From the NCBI GenBank assembly GCA_001179505.1, contig CDMY01000592.1, forward strand, positions 263,957 through 327,956: a stretch of DNA of 64,000 bases, given 5' to 3'. Below the pieces are notes generated by a model. That model ran no database searches, was not told the DNA's origin, and saw only the letters and a program-made list of their open reading frames with translations. Of the stretch, positions 37,491 to 50,194 are shown piece by piece. Position 1 is the first letter of the stretch. The number at the start of each line of letters is the position of its first letter. A program made the translations under genes and the position numbers. Origin of the DNA: Vitrella brassicaformis CCMP3155. Lineage: Eukaryota > Protista > Chromerida.

Positions 37491-39436
37491 TTAGTCCTTC
37501 TGGTCCCTCACAATGAACACGATGAAGAGCGCAATCATAAAGGCGAAGGCCGCGAGCAGCAGCACAATCGACACCTGCACACACACCTGCCCCCCTACCT
37601 CGTGGTCAGCCTCGCTGTCCGTCCAGTGAAACACCAGCCGACCCAACGCCGTGTAGAATGCACGCCATGGCGGCTTGTCCACAGCCGCGGTCGGGGTCGT
37701 CTGCTGCTGCGCCGCAGACTTCGTGGTGGCCCCCGGCTCATCCTCTTCACGTGGGGTGGCGGTGGGCTTCACTTTCTCGGCTGGTCTGCTCCCGTTTGAC
37801 CGATCGTCGGTGCGCACCCTGATGACCACCTGGTGCTCCCTCTCGATGTGGCGGTGGTCAGCAATGGCAATGGGGTGGTCGTCGATATCCTGGTCTTGCT
37901 GCTCGAGCACGTCCACGTGTGTGCCATACATGGCCTGATCCGACAGCCCCGAGATCGGGCTCACGCCGTCCGACCGAGCAGCGGCAGCCCTTCCCCTGTC
38001 CGTCCACTGCGCGGCTTTGCGCCCGAGATGGTGGTGGTAGGACACGTAGTTGGGACTGCCTTGGGCGTCGTCGTGACGGCGGTGGTAGTGCGGCACGTGT
38101 GAGGGCGATGGTGAGTGCTGGCGGGACTGGGGTGTGGGGGAGTGGGAAGAGCCGGACAGGGGGTAGGCGCCGGAGACGGGGTAGGGCAGTTCTCGGGGGG
38201 ACGGGTCGTAGAGGGCACTGATCACCTTGGCGGCGTTGTGGACGCCCGCACGCTCCATCAACCTGCACGCATCGCATACATGCATCGACGGCTTCTGTGT
38301 CTCGACGTGCACAGCGCCTTCCTCCGCACCTGAGTTTCATGGTCGACAGCCGCGGCTTCTCAAGGTCCCTCCTATCCCTATGCGGCTCATCCCTCTCCCG
38401 CACCGCAGGCAGCCTCTCCTTGCCCCTGCCGACGTGACTCAGGCCCTCCATCTGTCGGCCGATCGGACCTGTCGACGCTCTCGTGGTCGGCGTGGCCCGG
38501 CTGCTCACCTTGCTCACATAGCTCACGTGTGAGGGACCGCTGACGCGTTCGCCCATCATCTGCCTCCGCTCGCCATACACGACGGGCGCGGGGGAGGGGG
38601 AGGGGGAGGGGGGAGAGGGGGGTCGCTGGGGCGGGGGGCGGGGTCGTCTTGTGGCCGGGATTCTGTACGGCTGCGGCGACCGATCCTGCGCCGGCGACTC
38701 GACGTCCGAACGGTCGTAGTGACTCGAGTGTGGGGAGGGCGAGTTGAGGTCGTCTTGGTCATCCCCACCCATCACCCGGCGCATCTGTGTGCCGGTTGGT
38801 GGCGGCGCCTTGGGGCCCTTCTTTGCGGACTGCTGGCTGACACGACTGACGTGAGACGACTGGTAGGTCGACGCCAGCTGCTGCCCGCCACCAAAGGCCT
38901 CGAAGGACTCGTCCAGTGGCGGCCCCCGAGCAGGCGAGTGGCTGCGCCGCTCCTCCCTCACTTCCCGGCCCTCATGTCTACGAGGAGGATGGTACCGCCT
39001 CGAGTGCGAGGTGTATCGAGAGTCAGGAGGCGCCCGCACAGGGTCGCGTTCCTCAGAGTAGGCGTGGTCGCTGCCGTGCCACGGCCTGTCGTCCCTCGCC
39101 TCCCTCCTGCTTGGGTAATCCCTCGGTCGGCTGAAGTCCGAGTGATTCCGCCGGGGCACATGTGGCACGTGTGGCGCCTGTGCGTAAGGGGACACCGGCC
39201 GGGGCGGTGGCGACACGCTGGAGACTTGTGAGCGCTGGGCGGCCCGCTCCGCCAGCTGCACCTGCATCCGCCGGACCCGCTCCTTCAGCCTGCACGTTCA
39301 CACACAGCACAGACGCGATGTGAACTTGCGAAGGTTTGTGTGCAGTAGCATTCTCCTTGTCGTGTTGAGTGTTACTCGAGGAGCTGCTCGGATGTGGACG
39401 GAGCGCCGCGATGGCCGCCGAGGCCTCGGGAGGCAT
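37491..39436 (-). CDS. Low-complexity Pro/Arg/Ser-rich protein with C-terminal transmembrane helix (tail-anchored-like)
   Basis: Long ORFs 37858-39267 and 37491-38312. The C-terminus reads VSIVLLLAAFAFMIALFIVFIVRDQKD*. Confidence 0.65.
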
Positions 39437-39658
39437 GAGTACCGTCGAAGTGGGCGCACATGACGGACGAGGACCAAAAGAAAAAAGAGTCACCGAATCG
39501 ATGGCCTGGGCATCTCACAGCTTTGGCGGACCGCCCAAGCCCTTCTACGGGGCGCAATTCCGACAAATGGCTTTCTAACGGTTTGTGTACGTGGGGGCGA
39601 GACTGTGGGCCAAGCTCGCAGTCTTCCGCTTGTGAAACCGCTTGCTTTTTGCTTCACC

Positions 39659-42600
39659 ATGAGTGCAAGAGGCAGCCACGGCGGCGGTAAAGAGCAAGGG
39701 GACGAGCGCCGCCCGGCGCAAGAAGCGGGCGAGGCCACCATGAAGACAACAGACCACGATGAGCAACTGTCCGCCGCACAAAAGAGCAGCAAGATAGAGA
39801 CCGAAAACTTCAGGGCGGCAGAAATCCGCTTCCTGCAGGAGCAAAACAAGCAGGTGAGGGCTGCTTTTAAAGGAAAAACCACGGGACAGAGAAGCCCCAC
39901 GTGTGTGTGCGGTGTGTGTGTGTCAGGTGTTGTCCGCCTTGGAGCGGGCCGAGGAGGAGCGTGAGGATGCCCTTGTGACGGTCAAGGAGTGGGAGGGGCG
40001 GGCGCTGGAGATGCAGAGCGACATGGAGGCACTGCAGAAGAAAATGGAGGTAGGGAGAGACGTGCGTGTGGGTGCATATGGATGGATGGATGGATGTGTT
40101 GCTTGTGTTTGAAGGCGATTGAGCGCCAGTCGAATCAGAGCATCACAGATGTGGCGACCAAGGAGGAGCACATCAAAGTCCTCTCTGAGCAGGCATGCAG
40201 TGCAGCAGTGAAGAGACAGACAGACAGACCAGATGGGATCATGCCGCATCCCTTCTCTCCTTTGGTTGTGTCAGAATCGTCAGCTCCTGCAGCTGCTAGA
40301 GCAAGAGGAGGGCAGGCACCGAGAGAAGGCTGTCATGGCCGAAAAGCTCACGGTCGGTCTGTGGGCCAACCAGTGTTGGCTCACCAAACTGATCTCTTTT
40401 CATATCTTTCGCTTTCTGTTGTCTGTCAGATCGACAACGAGCGGATGACAGTGCAGCTGCAGGAGCTGCAGAAGCGACAGGAGTCAGGCGATGAGGCACT
40501 GGGCAAATGGTGAGGCACATGCACACATAGACAGCCCCACTTAGGCGTCTGTGTTGGGTGCAGGCAGGAGGAAGTGGATCGTCTGTCGACGGGCATGAGG
40601 ACCGCTCAGGCAGAGGCGGACCACCTGCGGGCCGCACTCACAGCCCTCGAGGCACAAAGCAAAGTCGACCTGGAAGGTCGGGGTCAGGGAGTCAGGGAGT
40701 GAGTGGGCCACACGACACACACATCCATCTATCTTTGGTACTGTTGGTTGGCTGCAGCGATGGAGCAGGCCCTGTCAGTGGCCAAGAAGAAGAACGTGCA
40801 GTACCTGCAGCAGGTCCAGTCACACGAGGTGGCACAACGACGACTCCAAACAGACCTAAACCGACTGCTCGTAAGCCAACATTCCTCCCAACGGCACACC
40901 CTCTACACACAACACGATGCAACTGCAGGAGGAGAAGCTGCGGATCGAGCGTGAGAAGAAGGAGCTCTTCGACCAGCTGCAGGCGGCCACTGCCGGCAGA
41001 GAGCAGGATGGCAGGCGCGCCACCAGCCGAGGGGGCAAGAGCGGCGAGGGCGATGGCGGCGCCCGTCTTCAGCAGCAGGTGGACATGCTCAAGAAGGCAC
41101 TGCACAACGTTGAGAGGGCCAACGAGAAGCTGCAGGAGGAAAACAAATCGGCGGCAGAGAAACACCGCGAAATGACCGATAAGGTGAGATGAGAGGCATC
41201 CACATCCTCGTGTGTGTGTGCATGTCTCGTCATTGGCCTTGGTGTGTGCAGGTGTATTCGTTGATGGACAGCCTGCGGCTGAATCAGCTGGAGCACAAGA
41301 AAGTGGAAGCCGACAACAACAACAAGACCAAAAAGGTCCTTTAAGCTCGCCGTGTATGCATCAATGACATAATGTCTCTCTCTCCCGCTGCCTCCCTCCC
41401 TCCCAGGTGCTGTCAGTCGAGAAGCAGCTGCAGGGCGTGCAAAGCCGACTCAACGCCGAAATCGATGCGAAACAAGTCAGCAGGGCAGCCATCGATAGGC
41501 CACACCTGTGTCTCTGTGTCTGTCCTTTCTGTCAGGCTGCCGAGCAGTCAGCCCGAGAAGCCATCCAGGAGAAGAACCTCACGGACAAGCGGATGAAGCA
41601 GATCGAAGAGGTACCACCTGACGTCTCACGTGTAGATGTTCGTGTGCATATGTCGCTCTTCTTGCCGGGCAGGAGAGTGCAGCGTGCCGTAAGGAGCTGC
41701 AGGGTGTCGAGCAGAAGCTGCAAGAGCTGATCGAGCGCAACAGGGCGCTCGACTCACAGGTAGGTGTGCGGTGGGTGAATGGGGCAGACATCGGTGTGAC
41801 CCACGGTCGGTTCGTGCAGGTCCATTATTTGTCGGCTCGTGTCGAGGGTCAGGAAGAGGACAAAGCGCAGCTCAGAGTCGAGAGCCGAAAGTACACACAC
41901 ACACGCACACCCAGGACAGCAGTTTACTGGCATGTCTTGGCTGGTTTAGACTGGAGGCCTCGATGAAGGAGATGGGGAAGGAGCGCACGTCATACCAGGA
42001 CCGGATCGGTGTCCTGGAAGAGAGGCTGCACCAGACCGCTGTCGAGAAGGTGAGCTCCAGACGCAGCGACTCGCTCGACAGAGACACAGATGCATGGGTG
42101 CATTTGTTCTGTGTCTGTGTGTCAGGACCAGCTTCGCTCTGAGCTGGACTACATCAAGCGGGAGGACTTCCTCGACGAAACAGGTCCGTCGACGGGATTT
42201 CTGAGCGCCTCTGTCGATTCATGTGTGTGTGTGTGTGTGTGTTTGTCTGTCTGTCTGTCTGCAGGTCGCACGCGGCCTCTGTTGATTCACAGCACGGAGT
42301 CCACACTCGTCGACAGACTCAAGCTCAACGAATTCCTCTACAGAGTGGGCAGGGCAGGCACGTCACACACACAAGGTGCAGTGCAGTGGATGCCGTGTCT
42401 CTCACAGGCCCAGCAAGGTCCCAATCCAGTGCCCGTGTTGGTCGAGAAGATCGCCCAGCTGCTGGAGATGCTCCACGTCGCACAGACACAGGCCGACCAG
42501 TATCTGACGGACCTGGCCCGCGCCAACCAGACGGCGGCTGCGATGCGTCAGAAGAACCTGGTGCTGTATGAGAAGTACCAGTGGCTGGAGGACTTCCGCA

Positions 42601-44258
42601 CCAAGGTGGTCTCGCAGGTCATCGCCAACATACTCGACTCGACCGACGGATCGCACGTCAACCTCGCCGGGCTGCAGCTCGATGAAAAGATGCTCGGTGA
42701 GGCGACCGATCGGCGTGTGTGGATTATGGGGCGTTGTGTGGATCTGTGTGTGTGTGTGTGTGGTCGTGACAGAGACGTTGCTTGAGTTGTCTGACCGAGA
42801 GAGGGTGAGCGAGGTTGCCGACCGGCTGCAGAAGCTGAACCTCTCACGGAACGGACTCCTGGACCAACACATACCCCCCATCATCCAGGTAGGTGGACAC
42901 CCGCTAATGCAATGCACCTATGCCACACCCTTTTCCCTCCACGGCTTTGTCGCGGTGCAGCTGTTGATGCGTTTCCCGTACCTCCGCCGGCTGGACCTTA
43001 GCGGCAACTGCCTGTCGTACGAGGGCATCAAGCGCCTCGAGGATGCTGTGGGGGCCATCAGCGGAATCACCCTCACACAACGAATCGCCAACCCCCTGGT
43101 GCGGACAGACGAATCGGCAAGACACAGAAGGACGCAATGAGACGCTCGTGTGCATGCGCGTATGATCGTGCAGCGCATCGAGGCTCACAGCGGCCACCAG
43201 TTGCGGCTGTGTATCCTCACCGAAGGGCAGGAGGCGCCCCCTCCCCAATCGCAAATCCCTCTCGACGACGTGGTCAGCCCCCACTACTGACCTCTCCTTC
43301 ACTCACATGTGCAGCACCCATCCGTGTCTCTGTTTGCCCTCGCTAGACATCCCCTGACGGTGTGCCCATGGCCTCTCCTGCCGTCGAGGACAAGGATATG
43401 GGCCCTGAGCTCAGCAGCTCCTCCATCATGTTGCCCAGCACAGACGACCCCACCACTGGCAAACCTCGCCCGCCCCACCACACCACCGTCAAGCTCGCTC
43501 GCAGCCAGACACGGCGAATTACACAGGCAGGAGCCGACAAGGCGCCCTTTCAGCGCTCATCGACGTACCACCACCAGGCCGGCGCCGCACCCCAGGCGGC
43601 AGCACCAGCGAGAGGCTCTGCGGTGTCTCTGCCAAAAGTGACGTCTCTCAAGCCACATGGCCCGCTGAGACACGGGAAATCTATCGATATGGGCAAGCAG
43701 AGGAGTGGAGACGACGTTGGCCCCACCACCAAGGGCGACAAAGGTGACCATGCGTTGCCGAAGCTGATGAGCGCCTCCGGTGGTGGTGGTGGTGGTGGTG
43801 GTGGCGGCACGCTGATGCAGTCGAGCGGGTGGGGTGGGGGACCCCCGCCGCCTTCGAGGAGTAAGGTGAACCGGCCCGTGCCACTCGCACAGGCGGTCAA
43901 GGGTAGGTCATTCGACATGTCTGCGGGGCCTGCCCCGTCCACACCCGGTAAGAGAGTCACTTGAAGAAGACAAGATTGAGCCATGGATGTGATGTCTCCC
44001 TACCTGTCTGCTTGCGCTCGCATCCATCGCTCTCATGCAGATGTTGGCAGTGTGGCACGAACGAAGTCGTTTGCTCACCCGAAGGACGAGACGGCGTCCT
44101 CTCATTCTCAGGTGGGGAGAAAGAGCCCCTACATCACGTCGCAGATGTCATCCATCGGTGCGGCGGCCAAGAAGTCCTCATCGCACAAGAAGCGGGAGGC
44201 AGCCAAGCCGCCGACTCCCCCGCCCTCCCACGCTCCCCCGCCGAGGCCACACCCATAG
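39659..44258 (+). CDS. Long coiled-coil protein with C-terminal leucine-rich repeats and Pro/Ser-rich tail
   Basis: Many heptad-rich exons. LRRs LQKLNLSRNGLLDQH and YLRRLDLSGNCLSYEGIKRL. First stop is TAG 44256-44258, with a coding-like frame continuing to 44381. Confidence 0.8.
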
Positions 44259-44644
44259 ACACACCCACAGCCACACCCACCGTCGCCCGGAGCGCTGGAG
44301 GAGGATCTCATGTCTCCCTCTTCGTCTATGCCCCAGCTGCCCTCCAAGACTGTCATGATCCCCATCGACAGCCCAACTTAGTGCGTGAGGGTTGCTATCT
44401 GTCTATCTATCGCATATCTGTTGCTGGCTTCTTGCTGCTGCTCTTGCCGCTGCTGGCGTTTTGTGAAGGGGTGTCTGTGGTCCGTGAGTGAGTGGGTGAG
44501 TACACGAGAGCGTCACCGTTTTGTGCGTCAGACAATGTCGCTGTGCACGCAATGATATAACGAACGTCTTGAAGAGATCAACACATGACGAACACAGTCA
44601 CGACTTCCACCGACTTGGCACACCCACCGTCCAACACAACACCA

Positions 44645-44864
44645 TCAAATCGTCTTGGTTCTGTAGACCGGCCTACGTGTGATGTGCGCCCGTATGGGAC
44701 GCGACCAGTCGCACCAAAACACTAAGCCCGCCAGGGGAATGAACAATGCGCCGATAGTTTCGAAGGCCAGGTCGTATCGGAAGTGCGCTATTTGGATGAG
44801 CGATGCCGCAATGGCCGGGCCAAACAATAGCCCCAAATTGAAGAACTGACCCATCTGCACACAG

Positions 44865-44902
<38 letters not shown>

Positions 44903-46516
44903 CATACACACTGTCTGCGTCAGATGTGTTATGATTGGCTCACAATAGCGAAGGCCTTTCCCTCTCCGCGGACCACCACTTGTTCGTCCATCCACTGACC
45001 TGAACGAGCACACCACACGGACGTGACACATCCCCCTCTGCCCCTCCCTGTCTCTCTGTTGGTTCCCTGCCTGCGGCAGCTGTCGTGATTGTGTCGAGTG
45101 CGCCGAAGGGGACGCCGTAGATGGAGAGGGCGGCCACCTGGGAGGCCGGCAGGGCAGCCGCCCCGAGTGTGCTGCCCAGCCACACTAAAGTGCCCGCACA
45201 CCACAGCACCATCATGCCTATCAGCAGCAGCGGGCGGACGCCACAACGATCGACCAAATATCCCGCAGAAGGCCCCGAGACCGCCTTGAGGACTAGCATC
45301 GGGACAAACAGCTCGCCCATCCTGCTGGCAGAGAGCTGGTATTTCTTGCTCCACAGCAAAGGCAGCAGGGCGGTGCATGCGGACGCGCCCATCCAGCCAG
45401 AGGCGAGACTGAGTAAGATGGTGAGGAACGAGGGGTAGGTCAGGAGGTAGTAGCCTTCTCCAGCTTGGCTGGCGTCGCCGTCGGGGGGTGATTCTTCCTG
45501 CTGATCAACGCTAGCCGGCAAAGGCAGATCGACACTCTGCCTGCGTGGCAGACACACACAGATGGTTTAAAATCAGGACAGGACATGCCCACTCACGAGA
45601 AGCATGCCCACCCTCTCGGCCTTCCGGCCTCGTCTCTGGCCGGTCGTGGTGTGGGGGGCGGGAGGCCGCAATACCCCAACACCGCCACGACCAGCACGGA
45701 GATGACAGATGCGATCAGACATACGGACCACGCCAATTTCGACCCGCCGTAGTCATAAAGGACGCCCCCTATTGCCGGCCCAGCGAGACCACCAGCCTCT
45801 GCACAGAACAGAAAGGAGGAAGAGGCAAAGCAGGAAGATTGCTGTGTGTGTCGTGGCTGTGTGTACCTAACCTACCCCCTAGAAATGCGAGGCCGACAGC
45901 TCGTGCTCTGGTGAAGTCGTCGTGTGTTTTCACCAGCCCTCCGACGCTCGCTGGAAAGAACAAAGACGATGCGAAGCCCTGAAGGAATGGATGAATGACA
46001 CAAATAAATGGCCACAAAGATCTCACGATTCCTGATGAATGGCGGCCGCCGCCGCCGCCATGTTGCACATTTGGATACCTCGACCAGTCTGGATGAGAGG
46101 TAGAGGGAAGCGAATCCTGCATGGACGGGGCGAATCAAGGCAAGGCACCCCAACCAACCAACCAGCCATTGCAAATGGACCAGACAGGCTATTCCGCCCC
46201 TGTCTGTGTGTGTCCCTCCACCCAATGGCATGTGATGTGTGCTGACTTGGATGATTACGAGGGTGCAGGAGACCACATAGCAGCCGCTAGCAATCACCAT
46301 CCCAAACCACCAAGACGTTTTGTCCACCAGTATCCCGGCCACAGGGCACAGGACAAGTGCCACGATGGGCCTCGCCACCAGGACCGAAGAGTGCGTGACG
46401 GGGCTGAGGTGCGCAAGGGTCTTGGGCAGCAATATCACCATGACGGACTGCAAGAGAATGTCCACCAGGCATAGCAGTGCCACAGAGAAGACCAATCCCA
46501 GATGCAGCACCGCCAT
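44645..46516 (-). CDS. MFS transporter (SLC18/DHA1-like), paralog A
   Basis: Multiple TM segments. LVDILLQSVMVILLP, GILVDKTSW, GPAIGGVLYDYGG, GYLVDRCGVRPLLLIG and GQFFNLGLLFGP. Confidence 0.85.
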
Positions 46517-47022
46517 CGCCTGTCGCCTGCGAGAGCAGAAAATCACAAACCGATTCATCAAATATCATTGCAAATGGGTGCAGTATGTGTCGTCGCATAT
46601 GGTGCACTAGATCTCAAGGTCTTTACCTTTCCTCCCCGTCGTGCGATCTTTCGTCGCACAGCTCGCAGGTGCAGATCTGCACCTGTACCTCAAAGCCGGG
46701 CGGGGCTTTCTTGCCAGGCACTCGTCGTGTGCTTCCCTCAGGTACGTCAGTGGCTCGCGCAATTCGCTGAAAGAAAGGCAGTCAGGATGTGATGTACAGA
46801 AAACACCGTGCGCCGCTGTGTATGTGCCTTGGTTTGTGCCGCATAAAGGAACCCCAGAAGCTGCAAGAACGACGACCTCCCGTCCTAGACCCGTAGCTAG
46901 ATCTTTGGTCACCTTGTGATCTGTTTGGGGTTCGGCGCGTGTAGTGGCTTTATCGGCTGGTGCCCTTGGACGCAGAGGCTTGGCTTCCCGGAGGTAGCTG
47001 GCGCATGGTATTGTAGCATTGG

Positions 47023-47724
47023 ATGGTAAGCCACAGAGTCTGACGCATATCGGAATCACTCTAGCTTCGTCATTGTCCTTTTCGTTGCTGGCTTTGCTTG
47101 CAGGGTCTTCGTCCCGGGCTGATAACTGCGGTGGCTCTGATGTGCCTTATGGATGTGTTTTCCTACAGCATCATGGTGGTCATCCTGCCCAAGACGCTGC
47201 CCACACTCAGCCCCATCACACACTCGTCCTGCCTCACCATCCGGCAGCTGGTGGCGCTTCTGGCTTGCCCCCTAGGGGGCATCCTGGTGGACAATACGAG
47301 CTTCTGGTTTGGGATGGTCGTCAGCTCGCTGTGCTATGTCGTGGCATGCTCACTGCTGCTTGTCGAGGTCGGTGGGTGGGGGAAGACCTCTGTGTTTGTG
47401 TTTGTGCTCGTGTGTGGATATATGTGTGTGTGGTGCGTTGCTGGTGTGTGTGCAGGACTCCCTTAATATCTACTTCGCGTCAAGAGTCATACAGGTAGGT
47501 AGATCGATGGATGGGCTGGGGGGGCTAGTGCGGGCTGGTGGGAACACATGGCACACGTGATCGTTCCCCGTGGTTACTCCTCTGCTTGTTCCCCCTCTCT
47601 CAGGGGTTTGCGTCGTCTTTGTTCTACCCCGCTGCTCTCAACGGCATCGTCAGCACCCATGACGACTCGTCCAGAGGCAGAGCTATCGGACTCGCATTCC
47701 TGGGAGGTACTCCACACCCAGCCA

Positions 47725-47764
<40 letters not shown>

Positions 47765-49261
47765 CAGACGGTTGGTACTCATTGTCTGTGTGTGTCTATG
47801 CGGTGCGTGTGTGCAGAGGTTGGGGGCCTTGCCGGACTAGCAGTGGGGGGCTTTCTCTACGACTATGGCGGCTCCAAGCTGGCCTGGTTCTTCAACCTCA
47901 TCATATCCCTCTACGCCTTTCTCGTAGTCGTCGGCCTGGGGTGGCTGGGCCTGCCGGGCCCCAACCCATCTCACTTTATCGTTCAACGCACGGCGGGCGC
48001 CGCTTCTGCGGCTGCGCAGGGCAGCCTGGGTCGGCCGCTGACGTCCAGTGAAGAACCGTCGACCGACGCGCACGGTGGGGCGGCCCCTTATAAGGTGGGG
48101 GGGTTATTGCTGCTGGGGCATCCTGTGTTCTTCACCATCCTTCTCAGTCTCGCCTTTGCGTGGATGGGCGGATCGGCCATTTGTGTGAGTGGGCGGAGGG
48201 AGGGGAGAGAGAGAGAGAGATGAATGCACCCTTCCCTTGTTGCGTTGGTTTTCCAGGCGTTGCTGCCCTTGCTGTGGAGCGATACTTACCACATGTCCGC
48301 CAGCCGTATTGGGGGGCTCTTCTTGCCGCTGCTGATACTGAAAGCGATTTCAGGGCCGCTGGCAGGGCTGCTGATCGACCGCTGTGGGGTTCGCCCGCTG
48401 CTGTTGATAGGCGTGATGGTGCTGTGGTGTGCGGGCACTTTAGTGTGGCTGGGCAGCACACTCGGGGCGGCCGCCCTCTCCGTCTATGGCGTCCCCTTCG
48501 GCGCACTCGACACAATCACGACAGCTGCCGCAGGCAGGGAACCAACGGAGAGAGGGGNNNNNNNNNNNNNNNNNNNNNNNNNNNNNNNNNNNNNNNNNNN
48601 NNNNNNNNNNNNNNNNNNNNNNNNNNNNNNNNNNNNNNNNNNNNNNNNNNNNNNNNNNNNNNNNNNNNNNNNNNNNNNNNNNNNNNNNNNNNNNNNNNNN
48701 NNNNNNNNNNNNNNNNNNNNNNNNNNNNNNNNNNNNNNNNNNNNNNNNNNNNNNNNNNNNNNNNNNNNNNNNNNNNNNNNNNNNNNNNNNNNNNNNNNNN
48801 NNNNNNNNNNNNNNNNNNNNNNNNNNNNNNNNNNNNNNNNNNNNNNNNNNNNNNNNNGGGGGGGGGGGGGGGGGGGGGGAGAGGGGATGTGTCACTTCGG
48901 TGTGGTGTGTGTTCGTTCAGGTCAGTGGATGGACGAGCAAGTGGTGGTCCGCGGAGAGGGAAAGGCTTTCGCTATTGTGAGCCAATCATAACACATCTGA
49001 CGCAGACAGTGTGTTATGTCTCTCCGTGTGTGCTGTGTGCAGATGGGTCAGTTCTTCAATTTGGGACTTCTTGTTGGCCCGGCCATGGCGGCATCGCTCA
49101 TTCAAGAAGCGCACTTCAGCTATAGCCTGGCCTTCCAGACTGTCGGCATTCTCTTCGTTCCCCTGGCCGTGGCGGCCTTCGTCTGCCACTGGGGGACTGC
49201 CAAGCCGTGTAGTAACCGGGTCATCGCTTCAGCCCATGACCGACACATTTTGCCATCGTGA
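47023..49261 (+). CDS. MFS transporter (SLC18/DHA1-like), paralog B, inverted relative to A
   Basis: Same motifs and intron positions as paralog A. The first exon contributes only ATG (47023-47025), followed by intron 47026-47103. Gap 48558-48857 lies in an intron. Confidence 0.85.
48558..48857. other. Assembly gap (300 N) at an intronic poly-G
   Basis: G runs on both sides. The equivalent intron in paralog A is continuous and short. Confidence 0.95.
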
Positions 49262-50194
49262 GCCAGCGATGGGTATGCGCTGCGCGAGTGTGACTGTCTG
49301 TGTGTGTGGATATTTGCACAGAGAGGGGGGGGGGCAGTGGTGTGAGGGTGAGTAGCTCTTATCTATAGGTGTTGTGTCTGTGTCTGAGTAAGGACCTCCC
49401 TTACCTGTATGACCTCTCTCTGCGTTTGTGTGTGTCTGTCTGTCTGTCTGTCGTATTACATATTTGTGCCTGAGATGATAAGGGATGCGATGCGACGCGA
49501 CGCGACACACGTGTGTGGTTGTGGGTGTGCATGCGGTGTGCATATTTCTGCATTCTTCCTGCCTGCCGTGTACTTCCTGGCGGTTTTGACTGATGCATGG
49601 TATTCAGATATCAAAAATCAAAAGGTCTTATCTAAGACATCCATCTCACAGTGAATGACGCCACGAACGACACACGCACCAGCAAAAAGAGGTAGGTTAT
49701 CGGTCTCTCCACAGCCAGTCACCCAGACACACCCACAGAGAGGAAGCGATACACACGGCACGCGACACATCTTGGCTTATGCAGCCAATGCGACCACACA
49801 CACACACACACACACACACAACTGAGACGCAGAATTGCCCTGCGGCCATGTGGGGGCGGGGCGGCGGAGTGCCGTGCCCGAAAAAAAGACGGACACGCAC
49901 ACTGCCGCCCACCCTTGCCTGCCTTCCGGACACCTTAGTGTCTGAATGAGCGCACAATGATATGAAATGGCCCAGACTGCACACCACACACGACAAAAGG
50001 AACGAACCAACGAACCAACGAACGGCTTAAGCCCTCACCATCCACTCACTCCACACACACGGGACACGCACACGGGACATGCACGGCACTCCTCCCTATC
50101 CATCCGTCAGCTGACACAAACAAACTACACTGTGATGTGGCCCAAGAGCAGCCACTCACACCCCCTCTCCCCTCCCCTCTCTCTGTTGCCTTGT

